Part shown: piece by piece, positions 61,419 through 64,000 of the stretch
How positions within the stretch are numbered: the first letter of the stretch is position 1
Layout of the letters: each line of letters begins with the position of its first letter
From: Desulfosudaceae bacterium
GTDB lineage: Bacteria > Desulfobacterota > Desulfobacteria > Desulfobacterales > Desulfosudaceae
DNA length: 64,000 nt
Direction of reading: 5' to 3'
Assembly (NCBI GenBank): GCA_963674745.2
Contig: CAXXDV010000003.1
Span: 2,592,001-2,656,000, forward strand
Translations under genes and position numbers: made by a program
The notes under the pieces: model-generated
Database searches by the model: none
Told to the model about the DNA's origin: nothing
Seen by the model: only the letters and a program-made list of their open reading frames with translations

Positions 61419-61793
61419 AACACCACGTGCAGATTTCCCGCCGCTGAACAAAAGGCTCTGGCAATAGCCGAAATGGTTAAAATCAGTGTATAAAAGGTTC
61501 CGACCCACTCCTAAACCCCCTGAATGACATTAGTATTTTGTAATACGACCAAAATGTCAACCATTATTTAGCACTTATCCCGGATCACGGTGGTTCAGCT
61601 GAGACCCGAAGATGACTGATATTTTCGACCAGAGTGAATTCAACACTAGATAACAGGATATTGTTCATTAAATCAAGTCGGGCATCGATTTTTCTTGAAA
61701 TTAAAAAACTTTATGCCAGACTCGAAAGACATTGACACCCAAAACGGCTGCTGATAGAAAATTATTTTAATAAAAACAAAATATTATAGAGAA

Positions 61794-62801
61794 ATGCGGT
61801 TAAAAAAGATTGCCGGGGCCATTATTTTCAAAAAAAGGTCGCTGTTTCTGCTTTTCGACTGGAAAAAAGCAGTCGCCATTATGCTCATTTCCCTCGTCTG
61901 TTTTTCAGCCGAAGCCGTCCCACTGCTTCAAACCGACCTTTCTGCGGGCTGCGGACAAATGTCGGGCAATACCGAGTATCGGGTCGGTGGAAAAATTTCG
62001 ACCGCCAATGAGACCTATAAGGTCCATTTTCCTGTCAGCCGGTTGTCTTTTCCTGTTGAAAGTTATCTTTTTTTTCTGCGTGCCGGGATAACCTATAAAG
62101 ACAGATTGACCGGCAGCGTTTCCTGGCATCAGAACCTGACCGACGACCCGGGCAAAATGAAGGACTACGATTGGGAAATGTCCCCGGCAGACCTTACCAT
62201 TTATTCAAAAAGCCGTCTGAATATGGGGGCGAGAATGCTCTCGGGGGAAATCCGATACCGCCTGTACCGGATTGACCTTGCCGGATATGCGCCTTTTTTT
62301 CATCCCGGGGACAACTGGCAGTTGCTGGCAGGCGGAGAATATCTTTACCGGCATTTTGATTTTAGGGTTTATGATACCCTGCAGACCTATCCCGGCCAGA
62401 ATATAAGCCCTGACTTCGTGCCCGGCCGGACCCTTGAATATGATGTTGATTACCTGATTCCGCTTCTCAAGCTGGGAACGGCACTGGAATTGGCGAAAGG
62501 GGCGTCGGTGGAACTGGCCATCGGATACAGTCCCTATGCCCGGGCAAAAGATGAAGACCGTCACCTGTTAAGGAATATGGTGTCTACGGCCGATTGTGAC
62601 GGAGACGCCTGGATGTTCTCCGGCCGGTTGAGATATCTTTTTGCGGACAAGTGGTTTGCCGGTTTGTTGCTTTCTTACCTGGAGATTGAAACCGAGGGCA
62701 CCTCAAAGACGTACATCAACAACCGGCTGGAACACATAATTGACACCGAAATTATAAGCCGGCAATCTCTGGTCACGTTGACGATCGGCCGGAATTTCTA
62801 A
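61794..62801 (+). CDS. Omptin-family outer membrane protease
   Basis: GKMKDYDW and DEDRHLLR catalytic-type motifs, alternating beta-barrel pattern, terminal Phe. Confidence 0.8.
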   Translation: MRLKKIAGAIIFKKRSLFLLFDWKKAVAIMLISLVCFSAEAVPLLQTDLSAGCGQMSGNTEYRVGGKISTANETYKVHFPVSRLSFPVESYLFFLRAGITYKDRLTGSVSWHQNLTDDPGKMKDYDWEMSPADLTIYSKSRLNMGARMLSGEIRYRLYRIDLAGYAPFFHPGDNWQLLAGGEYLYRHFDFRVYDTLQTYPGQNISPDFVPGRTLEYDVDYLIPLLKLGTALELAKGASVELAIGYSPYARAKDEDRHLLRNMVSTADCDGDAWMFSGRLRYLFADKWFAGLLLSYLEIETEGTSKTYINNRLEHIIDTEIISRQSLVTLTIGRNF

Positions 62802-62813
62802 TTCCTGCCCCGG

Positions 62814-63686
62814 TCAGACCACCTGCCGGGTGGCCTGGGCCTCATACCTGGCAAAAAACTTCGCAAAAGGCCTGGGCATTGACGCCGTGGGGCCGAGAAA
62901 GGCGGTTGCGGCCCCGGACGGGCAATACCGCACGCAACTGTAACAATAGCTGCAGTTCTTGCCGTGAACCGCAACCTGTTGGAGAGTAATGTTTCCAGTC
63001 GGGCAGTTTTTCAGGCACAGGCCACACCCCGTGCAGACATCGCGGTCGATTCTGACCCCCGGCATGAACCAGGAAAATGCTTTCAGGTTATTGAAATAAC
63101 TATCAATAAAGTTCATAACCGATGACTTGTCTTTAAATGCTTCGGGGGTGAACCGCTGAGCGTCTGCGTCCGTCAACCGCCCGGCCAGCACTTTTGCAAA
63201 TTGACGGATAACCGCCAGATCTTTTTCATCCGGCCGCCCCTCGTGAAAAGGAGCTGCATGTGGAAACGTCAGGCAATGTTCGGTCAACACCTGCACGCCA
63301 CCGAGCAGACGGAATTTTTTCTTAAACAGGATTTTCGCCAGGTCAAACTGGATGACGCCGCTCGAAACCCCTCCGAAAGTACTCAGAATGGCAGCCGCCT
63401 GACCGTCGGCCGCCCCGGGCATATTCCTGACAAAATCCATGAACACCGGCGGCGCGTGATGGAAATAGGTGGGCGCGGCGAAAACGACCAGGGAATAAGA
63501 CGGCAGCATGGTGCCGGCCTGCTCCAATCCCTGAATATCCTTAAAATCATTCAGCGAACGGCTTTCGACCGGCAACCCGTTTTCAACAAGGGATTCGGCC
63601 AGTGCCGCCACCGCCTTGCGGGTCGTACCATGAGGCGAAAGATAGATGATCAGCACCGATGTTTTATCTGTTTCCATAAAAATCAC
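62814..63686 (-). CDS. EFR1-family flavodoxin-ferredoxin protein
   Basis: YLSPHGTT, GRPD, CTGCGLCLKNCP, CSYCYSCVRYCP. Confidence 0.88.
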   Translation of the reverse strand: MIFMETDKTSVLIIYLSPHGTTRKAVAALAESLVENGLPVESRSLNDFKDIQGLEQAGTMLPSYSLVVFAAPTYFHHAPPVFMDFVRNMPGAADGQAAAILSTFGGVSSGVIQFDLAKILFKKKFRLLGGVQVLTEHCLTFPHAAPFHEGRPDEKDLAVIRQFAKVLAGRLTDADAQRFTPEAFKDKSSVMNFIDSYFNNLKAFSWFMPGVRIDRDVCTGCGLCLKNCPTGNITLQQVAVHGKNCSYCYSCVRYCPSGAATAFLGPTASMPRPFAKFFARYEAQATRQVV

Positions 63687-63748
63687 CTCTAACAGAATCG
63701 AGTTAATACCGGAAAAACAGGCCTTAAGGTCAGATCAGCCCCCAAAAA

Positions 63749-63925
63749 TTATAACCGATTGCAGGGAATATTCGCCAGCCGGCGCTCAAAATCGTCGTCC
63801 ATCTGCTTCTTATACTGCTCCAGGGTAAATTCGGTGTTGCAGGACCTGCACCGCAGATAAACGGCCTTTCAGGTACGGCGCATTTCCATGCGCCCGTCGC
63901 AACGCAAGCATCTGGCATTTTCCAT
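63749..63925 (-). CDS. Dual-CXXC small selenoprotein (58 aa, Sec at codon 19)
   Basis: MENARCLRCDGRMEMRRT-U-KAVYLRCRSCNTEFTLEQYKKQMDDDFERRLANIPCNRL; GGAG RBS; in-frame TGA at 63871-63869. Confidence 0.85.
63832..63853 (-). promoter_or_regulatory. Bacterial SECIS element
   Basis: CGGUGCAGGUCCUGCAACACCG hairpin 15 nt after the UGA, closely resembling the E. coli fdhF SECIS upper stem-loop. Confidence 0.8.
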
Positions 63926-64000
63926 GGATAATCTTACTCCGCCAATACAATTTTATTTTCAAAACATAACTATCGTGTTGATAAAGCATTCCGGTTATAA

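Noticed and set aside
258..63828. Numerous overlapping or antisense ORFs in the track (e.g. 2565..3278, 43883..45124, 51185..52171)
   Set aside because: Shadow frames of confidently identified genes in GC-rich DNA.
63730..63918. Track ORF MPDACVATGA...
   Set aside because: Alternative frame of the selenoprotein gene, lacking a good RBS and motifs.

Overview
GC-rich bacterial chromosomal window, most likely from an anaerobic Desulfobacterota (Desulfobacterales-like; inferred from gene content). It is mostly housekeeping and metabolic genes: kdsB, guaA, mnmG, rplM-rpsI, a Yej-like peptide ABC transporter, a transsulfuration enzyme, an M16 peptidase, a Gld-like ABC system, FAD/CCG Fe-S oxidoreductases, panB, PBP1B with a TPR lipoprotein, recB-recD, two DUF1566 surface proteins, an omptin and an EFR1-like protein. 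No rRNA, tRNA or CRISPR was seen. Four non-obvious features stand out. (1) A complete IS110-family (IS1111-type) element at 1779-3355 with a CT core, 13-bp subterminal inverted repeats and a 3' structured RNA. Its predicted guide segments match its own insertion site, which lies in a degenerate 8-bp repeat array. A further 12-nt RNA segment matches the distal target flank. (2) Intergenic loci where inward-facing 7/8-bp repeat arrays bracket variable cargo (an ORFan lipoprotein, GTAG-type REP clusters, a shared ~55-nt motif). (3) A 58-aa dual-CXXC selenoprotein missed by the ORF track, with an in-frame UGA and an fdhF-like SECIS. (4) Two DUF1566 proteins sharing a cysteine-less lipobox-like signal (GLVSIIGTGG), coupled to a VanZ-like membrane protein and divergent from an omptin protease.
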